Of a stretch of DNA of 64,000 nucleotides, positions 1 to 10,117 are shown one piece after another. The stretch covers positions 98,939 through 162,938 of the forward strand of contig CAKPDH010000001.1 of assembly GCA_934148845.1 (NCBI GenBank), given 5' to 3'. The notes under the pieces were generated by a model. That model was not told where the DNA came from. It ran no database searches and worked only from the letters and a program-made list of their open reading frames with translations. Both the position numbers and the translations under genes were made by a program. The stretch's first letter is position 1; each line of letters begins with the position of its first letter. This DNA is from an uncultured Bacilli bacterium. Lineage in GTDB: Bacteria > Bacillota_I > Bacilli_A > RF39 > UBA660.

Positions 1-49
1 GAACTTTTAAAAAGTAAGAATATATAATATAATAAAAAGTGGTGATAAA

Positions 50-889
50 ATGAAAAAAAATGGTGTTAAAATATTTATTATATCAATTATTTTATTTGGA
101 ATTCTTCTAGGATTTACAGTAAAAAAAATAGAAAAAGAAAAAAAATTAAATTTTTTTGAAAAATCTATCAAAGATACGGTAGTCTTTGTACAAAAAATAT
201 TTTATGCACCAATAAAATTTACAAAAAATAAAATAGAAATGTATTTAGAATTTAAAGATTTATATAAAAAGTATGATAGCCTAAAGGATAAAGCATCAAA
301 AGCAGAATTATATTATGCTCAAATAGAAGAATTACAAAAAGAAATAAAAGACTTAAAAGATGTACTTAAAATATCTCCAGTTTTATCTGAATATACTTAT
401 GTATATGCAAATGTAGTAAATAGAAATAATAGTAAATGGTATAATACTCTTACTATAGATAAAGGAATTAAAAATGGAATAAAAGATGGCGATGCTGTTA
501 TAACAAATAAGGGATTAATAGGTAAAATATATGGAGCATCTAATTTTTCGAGTTCAGTAAAACTTCTTACAACTGATGAAATATTAAACAAAATATCTAT
601 AAAAATTAAGACTGATGATAATTTTAATTACGGTCTACTTAGTAAATATAATATATTAAAAAATGTTTATGAAATTGAAGGTATTACTGATTATAGTAAA
701 ATAAAAGAAGGAGATATAGTTACAACATCAGGACTTACAGATTATTTTCCTAGTGGCTTATTAATTGGATATGTAAAAAGCATTATAAAGGATGAATATG
801 ATTTAAATAGTGTTATAGAGGTAACACCTTCAGTAGATTATAGTGATATTAGTGTAGTTGCCATATTAAATAGAAAGGCATCAAAATGA
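50..889 (+). CDS. mreC: Rod shape-determining protein MreC
   Basis: N-terminal TM anchor, coiled-coil segment and C-terminal beta-rich domain ending ..TSGLTDYFPSGLLIGYV.., as in B. subtilis MreC. RBS GGTGAT 6 nt upstream. Immediately followed by mreD. Confidence 0.8.
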   Translation: MKKNGVKIFIISIILFGILLGFTVKKIEKEKKLNFFEKSIKDTVVFVQKIFYAPIKFTKNKIEMYLEFKDLYKKYDSLKDKASKAELYYAQIEELQKEIKDLKDVLKISPVLSEYTYVYANVVNRNNSKWYNTLTIDKGIKNGIKDGDAVITNKGLIGKIYGASNFSSSVKLLTTDEILNKISIKIKTDDNFNYGLLSKYNILKNVYEIEGITDYSKIKEGDIVTTSGLTDYFPSGLLIGYVKSIIKDEYDLNSVIEVTPSVDYSDISVVAILNRKASK

Positions 890-1374
890 TAATTTTTATT
901 ATTATATTTTCATTTTTATTTCAACTTTCAATTACAAATATAATAAATTTAAACACATATATAATACCACTCTTCATCTTAAGTTCATTTTCTATATTGT
1001 ATCCTTATTTTAAAAATAAATTTAATTTTATTATAGCTATAACTTTAATTGGTTTTTTATATGATATTAGTATGAATATGACTTTTATAAATACTATTAT
1101 ATATTCTATTTGTGGAGCACTTATAATATTTTTTAATAAATTATTAAAGTATAATATATATACTTCAAATTTTATTAATATACTTATAATAATTATATAT
1201 AATCTATTATTAATTTTAATATTTAATTTAATAAACTATACAAATTTTAATTTTAATATATTAGTTAAAATAATATTACAATCTCAAATATTAAATTTAA
1301 TATATGGAATTATTTTGTATAAAATAGTAAATTTACTTTCAAATATATTAGATGTACATAAAAATATTAATTAA
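886..1374 (+). CDS. mreD: Rod shape-determining protein MreD (polytopic membrane protein)
   Basis: 162-aa entirely hydrophobic multi-TM ORF overlapping the mreC stop by 4 nt (ATGA). Position and size fit mreD. Confidence 0.65.
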   Translation: MIIFIIIFSFLFQLSITNIINLNTYIIPLFILSSFSILYPYFKNKFNFIIAITLIGFLYDISMNMTFINTIIYSICGALIIFFNKLLKYNIYTSNFINILIIIIYNLLLILIFNLINYTNFNFNILVKIILQSQILNLIYGIILYKIVNLLSNILDVHKNIN

Positions 1375-1384
1375 CTTTACATTA

Positions 1385-1411
1385 AAAAGTCAAATAAACA
1401 TTGACTTTTTA
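1385..1411 (+). terminator. Rho-independent terminator after mreD
   Basis: Hairpin AAAGTCAA-ataaaca-TTGACTTT followed by a T-run. Confidence 0.6.
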
Positions 1412-1450
1412 TATATTATTTAATATATTTTAAAACAAATTATAATCTTC

Positions 1451-1480
1451 TTGCTTATAAAGAATTCTATATGATATAAT
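1451..1480 (+). promoter_or_regulatory. Sigma-A type promoter for deoD
   Basis: TTGCTT -35, 18-nt spacer, extended -10 TGaTATAAT. RBS GGAGG before the ATG at 1498. Confidence 0.5.
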
Positions 1481-1497
1481 ACTAATTGGAGGTATTT

Positions 1498-2199
1498 ATG
1501 ACACCACATATAGAAGCAGATATTAAAGATATTGCCAAGACTGTATTAATGCCAGGTGATCCATTAAGGGCTAAATATATAGCTGACAATTATCTTGAAG
1601 ATGTAAAATTAGTAAGTAAAGTTAGAAATATTTATGCATATACAGGTAAATATAAAAATCATGAAATTACTGTAATGGCAAGCGGTATGGGTATGCCAAG
1701 TATTGGAATTTATTCTTATGAATTATATAAATTTTATAATGTAGAAAATATAATTAGAATAGGTTCTGCAGGTTCTTATGATAAAAATATAAAATTATAT
1801 GATTTGATTTTGGTAAGCGATTCATATTCATTATCAAATTTTGCTAAAATTCAAGGATATGATTCAAACATTATAAAATCAAGTAATTATATTAATAAAA
1901 AAATAGAAGATACTTGTAAATTATTAAATAAAAAATTAACTATAGGAAGAGTATATTCATCAGATGTATTTTACATGGATGATGATATTAATTATCTTAG
2001 AAATGAAAAAGAGTGTTTATGTGTAGAGATGGAGTCTTTCGCATTATTTTATAACGCTCAAAAATTAAACAAAAATGCAGCTTGTATTTTGACTATATCA
2101 GATAATCTAGTAACGCATGAGAATGCCTCTTCTATGGAAAGACAAAATTCATTTAATGATATGATGCTAGTCGCACTTGAATCTGCGATTAATTTATAA
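1498..2199 (+). CDS. deoD: Purine nucleoside phosphorylase, DeoD type
   Basis: MTPHIEAD..VLMPGDPLRAKYIA..YTGKYK..SGMGMPSIGIYSYEL..RIGSAGS..VEMES aligns along its length with B. subtilis/E. coli DeoD. The ATG at 1498 has a GGAGG RBS; the ORF-track start at 1486 lies inside that RBS. Confidence 0.85.
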   Translation: MTPHIEADIKDIAKTVLMPGDPLRAKYIADNYLEDVKLVSKVRNIYAYTGKYKNHEITVMASGMGMPSIGIYSYELYKFYNVENIIRIGSAGSYDKNIKLYDLILVSDSYSLSNFAKIQGYDSNIIKSSNYINKKIEDTCKLLNKKLTIGRVYSSDVFYMDDDINYLRNEKECLCVEMESFALFYNAQKLNKNAACILTISDNLVTHENASSMERQNSFNDMMLVALESAINL

Positions 2200-2232
2200 A
2201 AGTTAGAACATAATATAAAAAGAGGTGACCCT

Positions 2233-3519
2233 GTGAAATATAAAAAAATAAATAATTATTCATATAACCTTCATATAATTAAAACAGATAAATTTAAAAC
2301 AATAACAGTTCAAATTAATTTTAAAAGAAAACTTATAAAAGAAGAAATTGTATATAGAAATTTAATTGTTGATATATTAAATGAATCAACTAGTGCTTAT
2401 CCTACTAGAAGACTTTTAGATATAGCAACAGAAGAATTATATAATTTATATTATAGTGGGATGAATTATGTATCGGGAAAATATAACATAATGAATATAG
2501 CAGCAACATTTTTAGACCCTAAATATACTGAAGAATCAATGCTTAAGGAATCTATAAAATTTATATCAGATATAGTATTAAAGCCCAATATAGAAAGAAC
2601 TTCACAAGGTATTTCTTTTAACGAAGAGAATTATAAAATTGCTTATAATAAACTTAAAAATAATATATTATCTTTAAAAGAAAATCCAGATGTATATAGT
2701 AGAATTAGAATGCTTGAAAACATGGAACATGATTCATATTTTTCCTATAGAACAGTAGGATATATGGAAGATTTAAAAAATGTAGATAATGCTAAACTAT
2801 ATAAATATTATGAATCTATGTTAAATAGTGATATTATTGATATATTTGTTATTGGAGATGTTAATGAAAGAAAAGTAAAGAAATTAATAGAAGATAATTT
2901 TTCATTTATAAAGACTATAAAAAGACCATTAGATTCACACTTTATAAGACCTAAAAAAGTTAGATTAATTCCAAAAACTGTAAAAGAAAAGCAAGATATT
3001 AATCAAAGTAAACTTGTTTTAGGATTTAAAATAGATAAAATGACTGATTTTGAACTTAGATATGTTCTTAATGTATATTCATATATATTAGGTGGAGGCC
3101 CTGATTCTAAATTGTTTAAAACAGTAAGAGAAGAAAACAGTATGTGCTACCACATATCATCAATAAGTTTTCCTTTAAATAGTTTACTTATTGTTAATGC
3201 TGGTATAAATAAAGAAAATTATAAAAAAGTTCTTTCACTTATAAAAAGAGAAGTAAGTAACATGAAAAAAGGTAAGTTTACTAAAGAAGATATAATAAAA
3301 TCTAAAGTAACTTATGTAAATAGTTTAAAAGAATTAGAAGATAATCCACAAAGTATAATAGGATTATATGCAGGAATTGAATATTTAAAAAGTGATGATT
3401 TAGATAAAAGACTTACAAAAATAAATAAAGTAACAAAAAAAGATGTAGTAAAGTTAGCATCTAAAATTCATTTAGATACAATATATTTATTAGAAGGTGG
3501 TTCAAATGGAAAAAAATAA
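2233..3519 (+). CDS. M16-family peptidase-like protein, no HxxEH zinc motif (probably the non-catalytic partner)
   Basis: 428 aa, M16/insulinase-like length and architecture but no HxxEH. Overlaps the next gene, which is an M16 with an intact motif; compare the B. subtilis ymfF/ymfH-type pairs. GTG start with AGAGGTGA RBS. Confidence 0.6.
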   Translation: MKYKKINNYSYNLHIIKTDKFKTITVQINFKRKLIKEEIVYRNLIVDILNESTSAYPTRRLLDIATEELYNLYYSGMNYVSGKYNIMNIAATFLDPKYTEESMLKESIKFISDIVLKPNIERTSQGISFNEENYKIAYNKLKNNILSLKENPDVYSRIRMLENMEHDSYFSYRTVGYMEDLKNVDNAKLYKYYESMLNSDIIDIFVIGDVNERKVKKLIEDNFSFIKTIKRPLDSHFIRPKKVRLIPKTVKEKQDINQSKLVLGFKIDKMTDFELRYVLNVYSYILGGGPDSKLFKTVREENSMCYHISSISFPLNSLLIVNAGINKENYKKVLSLIKREVSNMKKGKFTKEDIIKSKVTYVNSLKELEDNPQSIIGLYAGIEYLKSDDLDKRLTKINKVTKKDVVKLASKIHLDTIYLLEGGSNGKK

Positions 3520-4780
3520 TTTAGAAAAATTAGATTTAACACTTTATCATGAAGAATTATCTAATGGACTTAATGTTTATATAGTACCAAAAGATAATGT
3601 TAATGGAATATATGCAACCTTTACTACTAAATTTGGATCTGTTAATCAAGAATTTGTGCCTATATCAGAGAAAAAAATGGTTAAAGTACCACTAGGCGTA
3701 GCTCATTTTTTAGAACATAAGATGTTTGAACAAAAGGATTCAAAAGATCCATTTACTTTTTATTCAGAACGCGGATGTGATTCAAACGCTAATACATCTA
3801 ATTATAAAACCACTTATTTATTTAGTGGTTCTAATTCTTTTTTAGAAAATTTAGATTACTTACTTGATTATGTACAATCCCCATATTTTACGGATTCTAA
3901 TGTTGAAAAAGAAAAGGGAATAATAGAGCAAGAAATTAAAATGTATGACGATGATCCATATTTTAAAATGTATTCAAGTGTACTTTATAATGCTTTTCAT
4001 ATACATCCAATAAGATATCCAATAGGAGGAACAAAGGAAGATATTTATAAGATTACTAAAGAAGATTTATATACTTGTTATAATACTTTTTATAATCCAT
4101 CTAATATGTTTTTAGTTATTACTGGAAATGTTGATCCAGAGGATGTTATAGCCTTAATAAAATTAAATCAAGAAAAAAAGAAGTTTGAAAAAATAAAGAA
4201 AATTAAAGTAAAAGAGTATGATGAACCTGATACAGTATTTAAAGAATATGATAGTACAAAAATGGATATTGAACTTCCTAAAATATCTGTAGCTTATAAA
4301 TTTAATTTTTCTAAAAGTAAAAAAAATATGGCTTTAATAAAAACAGTTATAGCAAACGTCTTAGATCTTAGACTTGGTACTACGTCTATTTTACATGAGA
4401 ATTTAAAAAGAGATGGATTAATTACATATGGAATAGATGTTAGTTTAGTTAATACAGATAAACATATTTTAGCTATTATTACTTTTGAAACAGAAGAAAT
4501 TGATAAAGTAATAAAATTAATAGAAGATGAACTTAGAAATTTATCTATTACTGAAGAAGAATTAAAAAGAAGAAAAAAGATAGCTAAAAGTAATTCGATA
4601 TATAGAAGTGATAATATTTATTCTATTAATAATAAAATTGTAAGTAATATTATGAATTATAATTCGGTTATATGTGATGTATATAAGATGATTGATGATG
4701 TTGATATGACTTTAGTTAATGATGTGATAAATAAAGTAAAATTAGATAATAAAACAGTTTACGTCATTAATAAAGCTTGA
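3506..4780 (+). CDS. M16-family zinc peptidase (insulinase-like), active-site HFLEH present
   Basis: HFLEHKMFE (HxxEH inverted zincin motif) near the N-terminus; about 425 aa. RBS GAAGGTGG before the ATG at 3506. Confidence 0.75.
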   Translation: MEKNNLEKLDLTLYHEELSNGLNVYIVPKDNVNGIYATFTTKFGSVNQEFVPISEKKMVKVPLGVAHFLEHKMFEQKDSKDPFTFYSERGCDSNANTSNYKTTYLFSGSNSFLENLDYLLDYVQSPYFTDSNVEKEKGIIEQEIKMYDDDPYFKMYSSVLYNAFHIHPIRYPIGGTKEDIYKITKEDLYTCYNTFYNPSNMFLVITGNVDPEDVIALIKLNQEKKKFEKIKKIKVKEYDEPDTVFKEYDSTKMDIELPKISVAYKFNFSKSKKNMALIKTVIANVLDLRLGTTSILHENLKRDGLITYGIDVSLVNTDKHILAIITFETEEIDKVIKLIEDELRNLSITEEELKRRKKIAKSNSIYRSDNIYSINNKIVSNIMNYNSVICDVYKMIDDVDMTLVNDVINKVKLDNKTVYVINKA

Positions 4781-4825
4781 TTTATTAATGAAATCATGAT
4801 AAATTATATGAGTTAGGAGGTAATT

Positions 4826-5032
4826 ATGCGTACGTTTTTAATAATTGTTTCAATATTACTAATAGCAATCGTGTTACTTCAAAGTGGTAAAGCAGAAGGT
4901 GCATCTTCAATTATTACTGGTGGTAATAATGATTTGTTTAAAAATAGAAAAGAAAGAGGAGGAGAGTTATTTATTACATATTTAACTGGAATCCTTGGTA
5001 TTATATTTTTAGCACTTTGTATAATTTTATAA
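4826..5032 (+). CDS. secG: Preprotein translocase subunit SecG
   Basis: 68 aa with two TM helices; MRTFLIIVSILLIAIVLLQSGKAEG..GG..LF...ER..L resembles the SecG consensus. RBS AGGAGG. Confidence 0.7.
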   Translation: MRTFLIIVSILLIAIVLLQSGKAEGASSIITGGNNDLFKNRKERGGELFITYLTGILGIIFLALCIIL

Positions 5033-5055
5033 GTTGAGTAATCAACTTTTTTTTT
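5032..5055 (+). terminator. Rho-independent terminator after secG
   Basis: AGTTGA-gtaa-TCAACT followed by T9. Confidence 0.65.
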
Positions 5056-5113
5056 AAAATTGTTTTTTTTTATATTTAAATATGTTAAACTATATATATT
5101 GAAAGGTGATTTT

Positions 5114-6388
5114 ATGAGTGTTTTACCAGCAGATACATTTATCGTTGTAAATAAGACAATTTTGTGTGATAATGATAGAAAATTATTAACGCTTTTATAT
5201 CAGCCAATAATTGGCTCACAAGCTATAAGTCTTTATTATACATTATGGGCTTATTTAGATAAAACTGAATTAATGTCAAATGAATGGACTCATCATCATA
5301 TATTAAGGGATATGATGATAAGTAATTTAGAATTCTGTGATGCTAAAGTAAAATTAGAAGCTATAGGTCTTATGAAAACATATTTAAAGAAAAACAATAT
5401 AAATAATTATATTTATGAATTATATTCTCCTTTAAATGCTTCTGAATTTATAAATAATCCTTTATTAAATATGGCTCTTTTTAATGCAGTAGGAAAACTT
5501 GAATATGAAAGAATTGTAAGTTATTTTAAGATTCCTAAAATAAATTTAAGAGAATATGAAGATATAACCAGTAAATTTAGTGATGTATTTGCGTTTTCAA
5601 ATATAGCTTATAATGATAATTTGATTTATGATATAAAAAAATCAAATTATAGAAAACTAGAAATATTATCAAAAATAGATATAAATACAATATTAAGTTT
5701 AATAAGTGATGATATTTTAAATAAAAAATCTCTTACTAGAGATACTAAAGATCTTTTATTTAAAATTGCATATATCTATAATTATTCAAATGATGATATG
5801 ATAGAACTAATTAGAAATTCTATATCAGAAAAACATACTATTGATAAAAAATTACTTCAAGAGAATGCTAATAAATATTATAGATATGACAATATGGGTA
5901 AACTACCAAGTATAATATATAAAAATCAACCAGAATATTTAAGAGAACAATCTTCTGATACTTCAAATAGATCACGTATGATACATTTATTTGAAACAAC
6001 AAGTCCATATGATTTTATATGTAGTAAATATAAAACAGGAAGACCAACAAGCTCTGATTTAAATATTATCTCATACTTACTTATAGATTTAAATTTAAAA
6101 CCAGGGGTTGTTAATGTTTTAGTTGATTATGTTTTAAAAATAAATAATAATAAGCTTATTAAATCTTTTGTTGAGGTGATCGCATCTCAGTGGAGTAAGA
6201 GTGGAATTGAAACTGTTAATGATGCTATGGCTCTTGCAGAAAAAGAATATAAGAATAAGAAAACACTTAAAGATAAAGTAGTAAAAAAAGAAGCAATAAA
6301 ACCAGAGTGGTTTAATAAGAATGTAGAGCAAAGGGAAGCTACTGCTTCTGAAATAAGAATGTTAGAAGAACGTATGAAAAGGAGTTAG
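5114..6388 (+). CDS. dnaB: Replication initiation/membrane attachment protein (Bacillus-type DnaB, DnaD-like domains)
   Basis: About 425 aa, two DnaD-like regions (YQPIIGSQAISLYYTLW; ...SDLNIISYLLIDLNLKPGVVNVLVDYVL). Immediately upstream of, and translationally coupled to, the dnaI-like loader, as in the B. subtilis dnaB-dnaI operon. Start at the ATG at 5114, after the run of AT-rich codons. Confidence 0.6.
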   Translation: MSVLPADTFIVVNKTILCDNDRKLLTLLYQPIIGSQAISLYYTLWAYLDKTELMSNEWTHHHILRDMMISNLEFCDAKVKLEAIGLMKTYLKKNNINNYIYELYSPLNASEFINNPLLNMALFNAVGKLEYERIVSYFKIPKINLREYEDITSKFSDVFAFSNIAYNDNLIYDIKKSNYRKLEILSKIDINTILSLISDDILNKKSLTRDTKDLLFKIAYIYNYSNDDMIELIRNSISEKHTIDKKLLQENANKYYRYDNMGKLPSIIYKNQPEYLREQSSDTSNRSRMIHLFETTSPYDFICSKYKTGRPTSSDLNIISYLLIDLNLKPGVVNVLVDYVLKINNNKLIKSFVEVIASQWSKSGIETVNDAMALAEKEYKNKKTLKDKVVKKEAIKPEWFNKNVEQREATASEIRMLEERMKRS

Positions 6389-6390
6389 GT

Positions 6391-7287
6391 ATGCATAATA
6401 TATTAAATGATTTAGATATAAAGGAAAAAGTTGATTTAGATTTAGAATATAAAAAAGCACTTTTAGACCCTAATTTTAAACAAATAGTAAAATCATTAAA
6501 ATTAGATCCTTTAGAACTTAAAAAATATACATCACAATTACAAGAAGCAGCAAGTTCTTATTCTAATTGTAAATCTTGTAAATGTTTACTTGATTGTAAA
6601 AATAAAATAGAGGGTTTTTGTTATTTACCATTTAATGTTAATGGTGTGATTAGTTTTTTTTACAAGCCTTGTAAGTATAAAGAAATTAATTTAAGTAAAA
6701 ATAAATATTTAAATAATATAAAATTCTTTAATACACCTAGTTATGTTAAAGATGCCTCTCTTGATAATATATATAAAACTGATAAAAATAGATTTGAAGT
6801 AATTAATGCACTTATGGATTTTTTAGATAATTATGAAAGTAACAAACCTTGTAAAGGACTATATTTAAGTGGTAATTTTGGATGTGGTAAAACATATTTA
6901 ATATCAGCTATCTTTAATGAACTTGCAAAGCATAATTATAAAAGTAGTATAGTTTTTTGGCCAGAATTTTTACGTCAAGCTTTTTATGACGATTTTAAAG
7001 ATAAGTTTGATTATGTAAAAAAAGTTCCACTTTTACTAATAGATGATATAGGAGCAGAAGGATTAACTAGTTATAATAGAGATGAAATATTATGCCCTTT
7101 ATTACAATATAGAATGGATAATAACTTAGCTACTTTTTTTACATCAAATCTTAATTTAAATGAATTAGAAATGCACTTAGCAAATTCAAAAAGCGGAGTA
7201 GATAGTGTAAAAGCAAAAAGAATTATTTGTAGAATAGAACAACTTACAAATAATTTAGAAATGATAAGTAAAAATTTAAGAAAATAA
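6391..7287 (+). CDS. dnaI: Primosomal helicase loader DnaI (DnaC family AAA+)
   Basis: N-terminal Cys cluster CKSCKC..DCKN (zinc-binding module), Walker A GNFGCGKTYL, Walker B LLLIDDIGAE. Confidence 0.75.
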   Translation: MHNILNDLDIKEKVDLDLEYKKALLDPNFKQIVKSLKLDPLELKKYTSQLQEAASSYSNCKSCKCLLDCKNKIEGFCYLPFNVNGVISFFYKPCKYKEINLSKNKYLNNIKFFNTPSYVKDASLDNIYKTDKNRFEVINALMDFLDNYESNKPCKGLYLSGNFGCGKTYLISAIFNELAKHNYKSSIVFWPEFLRQAFYDDFKDKFDYVKKVPLLLIDDIGAEGLTSYNRDEILCPLLQYRMDNNLATFFTSNLNLNELEMHLANSKSGVDSVKAKRIICRIEQLTNNLEMISKNLRK

Positions 7288-7356
7288 TATTGCTTTTAAG
7301 TATTTAAAAAACAATATTTTAATGATATAATTATATTATAATAAAGGGTGATTGCT

Positions 7357-9717
7357 ATGTATGATTTAGGTGAATATTTTAAATTTGATTTATCTTTAGC
7401 GCGTATGAATAATGAATGTATATTTAAAGGTAGTAAATATAGAATAACCATTTTAACTGAAAGATTAGTTAGAATTGAATATAATGAGGCGGGTACTTTT
7501 ATTGATAATCCAAGTATACTTGCTTGGTATAGAAATTTTACAAAGCCAAAGTTTTTAGTAGAAGAAACAGATAAAACATTAAAAATAACAACTAAATATT
7601 TTTCTTTATTTTATAAAAAAGAGATGCCTTATAAAGGAAGTAGTATAAATCCTACAAAGAATTTTAGAATAGAATTATTGAATACAGATAAAGTATGGTA
7701 TTATAACCATCCGGAAATAAGAAATTTTGGATATTATAATTATTCTGAAGAATCTTCTAAGCTTGAAAAAAATAAAGGATTATATTCTGAAGATGGATTT
7801 TGTTCTTTAGATGATTCTAAAACTCCTATCATACTTGAAAATGGTATGTTTAAAAAAAGAGAAACTGTGGGTGTTGATACATATATATTTTTATATAATA
7901 AGGATTTTTATTATTGCCTAAATGATTATTTTAAACTTACAGGATATCCTCCATTATTACCTAGATATGCTTTTGGTAATTGGTTTAGCAAAAATCAATT
8001 TTATACTGAATTTGATGTAGCTCATTTAGCACGTAAATTTGAAGAAAATCTTGTACCTATATCTATGATTACACTTACTAATTGGGAAGACGATATTAAA
8101 TATAAATTTAAAAGCATTTATAGAGAAATACCAAATATAATTAATTTTTTAAATCAAAAAAATATAAGACTTGGATTAGAAATTACTGATATTGTTGATT
8201 TTTCTGATAAAGTCGTAAATTTTGATATAATAAAGCAATATAAAGAAGTAAATAAGAAAGGAAAAATTCCATTTAATGTATTTGATGAAAGATGTATTGA
8301 TGCATATTTTAAGCTTATAATACATCCTATAGATAAGATGGGAATAAATTATTATTATTTATCTTCAACAAAAGATAATGATAGGCTTTCTATGCTTAGA
8401 CATTATTTATATAGAGATAGTATAAAGGATTTGGATAATAGACCAATTTTAATGTCTAAAGATTATTTATATGGATCTCATAGATATTCTTTATTGTATT
8501 CTGGTGATGAAAGTGTTAGCTTTGATACCTTAAAAAATATTGTTAAGATAAATACATCATCATCTAATATTGGTATAAGTTATTTTAGTCATGACTTTGG
8601 TGGATCAATTGGTGGTGTAGAGGATTCAGAATTGTTTACAAGGTTTATACAGTTAGGTACTTTTTCACCTATATTTAGACTTGGAGCTGGAGAAAGCAAA
8701 TATTATAAAAGAGAACCTTGGAAATGGGATATTTCAACAAATAAGATAACTTCTGATTATATGAGATTAAGATATAAGTTAATACCATATATATATACAG
8801 AAGCTTATAAATATTATAAGTATGGAAAACCTTTAATAGAACCTATTTATTATAGATATCCATCATTATATGATGATGTACTTTATTGTAATAATTATTT
8901 CTTTGGTTCAACATTTTATATTTGTCCTATATTATCAAAAAAAGATGAAGTAATGGATAGGGTTATTCATAAGTTATATATTCCTGATGGTATATGGTAT
9001 GATTATTTTACTGGTAAAAAGTATACAGGAAATAAAAAGTATGTATCATTTTATAAAATAGATGAATATCCTGTATTTGTAAAAAGTGGTGCGATAATAC
9101 CTTTGTCTACAAATAAATTTAATGATACTAGTATACCTAAAACTTTAGAAATTGCTGTATTTCCTGGAGATAATAATACTTATAGTATATATGAAGATGA
9201 TGGACTTACAAATAAATATCAAAAGGGTGAATATGTAATTACTAATATAGAGTTTTTATTTAAAAAAGATAATTATACATTAACAATATTACCAGTAGCG
9301 GGAAATTCTTCAATTTTACCTAGTAGTAGAAATTATAAAATAAGAATGAAAAATACTAAGCCTTCTGCCTTAGTAAAAGCTTATTCTAATGGTAATAAGA
9401 TAATGGTTAAAAGATATAAAGATTCTAATGATTTAATAGTAGAGCTTGAAAATATAAAACCTACGTCACAAATAACAATTATGTTTAGTGGTAAAGACAT
9501 TGAAATTGAGGCACTTAGAATTATAAATGATGATATTGTTGGAATAATTAGTGATTTACCACTTAAAACATCAATTAAACAAAAAATAGATAGTATTATG
9601 TTTTCACAAAATATTTCTTTAAAAAAGAAAAGAATTGAAATAAGAAAATTAAATTCCTTGGGTAGAAAATATATTAATTTATTCTTAAGATTACTTGAAT
9701 ATATTAATGAAGTGTAA
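7357..9717 (+). CDS. Glycoside hydrolase family 31-like protein (alpha-glucosidase/xylosidase fold), catalytic motifs divergent
   Basis: About 787 aa. SHDFGGSIGG resembles the GH31 WSHDIGGF motif, and YSGDESVSF resembles the acid/base W.GDN region. The nucleophile region (WIDMNE-like) is not clearly conserved. RBS AAAGGGTG before the ATG at 7357; the track start at 7348 is GTG. Confidence 0.5.
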   Translation: MYDLGEYFKFDLSLARMNNECIFKGSKYRITILTERLVRIEYNEAGTFIDNPSILAWYRNFTKPKFLVEETDKTLKITTKYFSLFYKKEMPYKGSSINPTKNFRIELLNTDKVWYYNHPEIRNFGYYNYSEESSKLEKNKGLYSEDGFCSLDDSKTPIILENGMFKKRETVGVDTYIFLYNKDFYYCLNDYFKLTGYPPLLPRYAFGNWFSKNQFYTEFDVAHLARKFEENLVPISMITLTNWEDDIKYKFKSIYREIPNIINFLNQKNIRLGLEITDIVDFSDKVVNFDIIKQYKEVNKKGKIPFNVFDERCIDAYFKLIIHPIDKMGINYYYLSSTKDNDRLSMLRHYLYRDSIKDLDNRPILMSKDYLYGSHRYSLLYSGDESVSFDTLKNIVKINTSSSNIGISYFSHDFGGSIGGVEDSELFTRFIQLGTFSPIFRLGAGESKYYKREPWKWDISTNKITSDYMRLRYKLIPYIYTEAYKYYKYGKPLIEPIYYRYPSLYDDVLYCNNYFFGSTFYICPILSKKDEVMDRVIHKLYIPDGIWYDYFTGKKYTGNKKYVSFYKIDEYPVFVKSGAIIPLSTNKFNDTSIPKTLEIAVFPGDNNTYSIYEDDGLTNKYQKGEYVITNIEFLFKKDNYTLTILPVAGNSSILPSSRNYKIRMKNTKPSALVKAYSNGNKIMVKRYKDSNDLIVELENIKPTSQITIMFSGKDIEIEALRIINDDIVGIISDLPLKTSIKQKIDSIMFSQNISLKKKRIEIRKLNSLGRKYINLFLRLLEYINEV

Positions 9718-9737
9718 TATAATACTATCAAGGTGTA

Positions 9738-9764
9738 AATTACATCTATTGATGTAATTTTTTT
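9738..9764 (+). terminator. Rho-independent terminator after the GH31-like gene
   Basis: Perfect 9-bp stem AATTACATC-tatt-GATGTAATT followed by T5. Confidence 0.7.
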
Positions 9765-9774
9765 AGGAGAAGAT

Positions 9775-10116
9775 ATGAAGAATTTATTAATATATATTAT
9801 TACATTTACTGTTTGTTATTTAATTTATTTTATATTTGTAATTAATAGAAAAAATATGCTTGAAAAATTTATTGATGGAAAAGAAATTAGATATTTAAAA
9901 TATAAATATAAAGTTAAAGTTAATAAGAATAATTTAAAAAAAATAGCTCATATGGTATCTTTAGCTAATTCATTTATTATATCTACAACAGTATTTGTTA
10001 TAGGTCTTATAGATAATCTTGTAATTGAAATATTATTAGGTTTTGCACTTATATTTATACTTATAATTTTACTATATCGTATAATTGCTATAATTATTAA
10101 GAAAGAAGGAATTTAA
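9775..10116 (+). CDS. Small membrane protein (hypothetical), translationally coupled to leuS
   Basis: 113 aa, 3 predicted TM helices, strong RBS AGGAGAAG. Stop TAA is 1 nt from the leuS ATG. Confidence 0.45.
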   Translation: MKNLLIYIITFTVCYLIYFIFVINRKNMLEKFIDGKEIRYLKYKYKVKVNKNNLKKIAHMVSLANSFIISTTVFVIGLIDNLVIEILLGFALIFILIILLYRIIAIIIKKEGI

Positions 10117-10117
10117 T

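Noticed and set aside
6134-6331. 65-aa minus-strand ORF inside dnaB-like gene
   Set aside because: Antisense low-complexity ORF typical of AT-rich DNA.
9381-9731. 116-aa minus-strand ORF at the 3' end of the GH31-like gene
   Set aside because: Antisense to a well-supported CDS and terminator. No translation signals.
9718-10117. Searched for a T-box leader upstream of leuS
   Set aside because: No AANNNGGGTGGNACCGCG element or antiterminator-like structure. The region is occupied by a terminator and a small protein-coding ORF.
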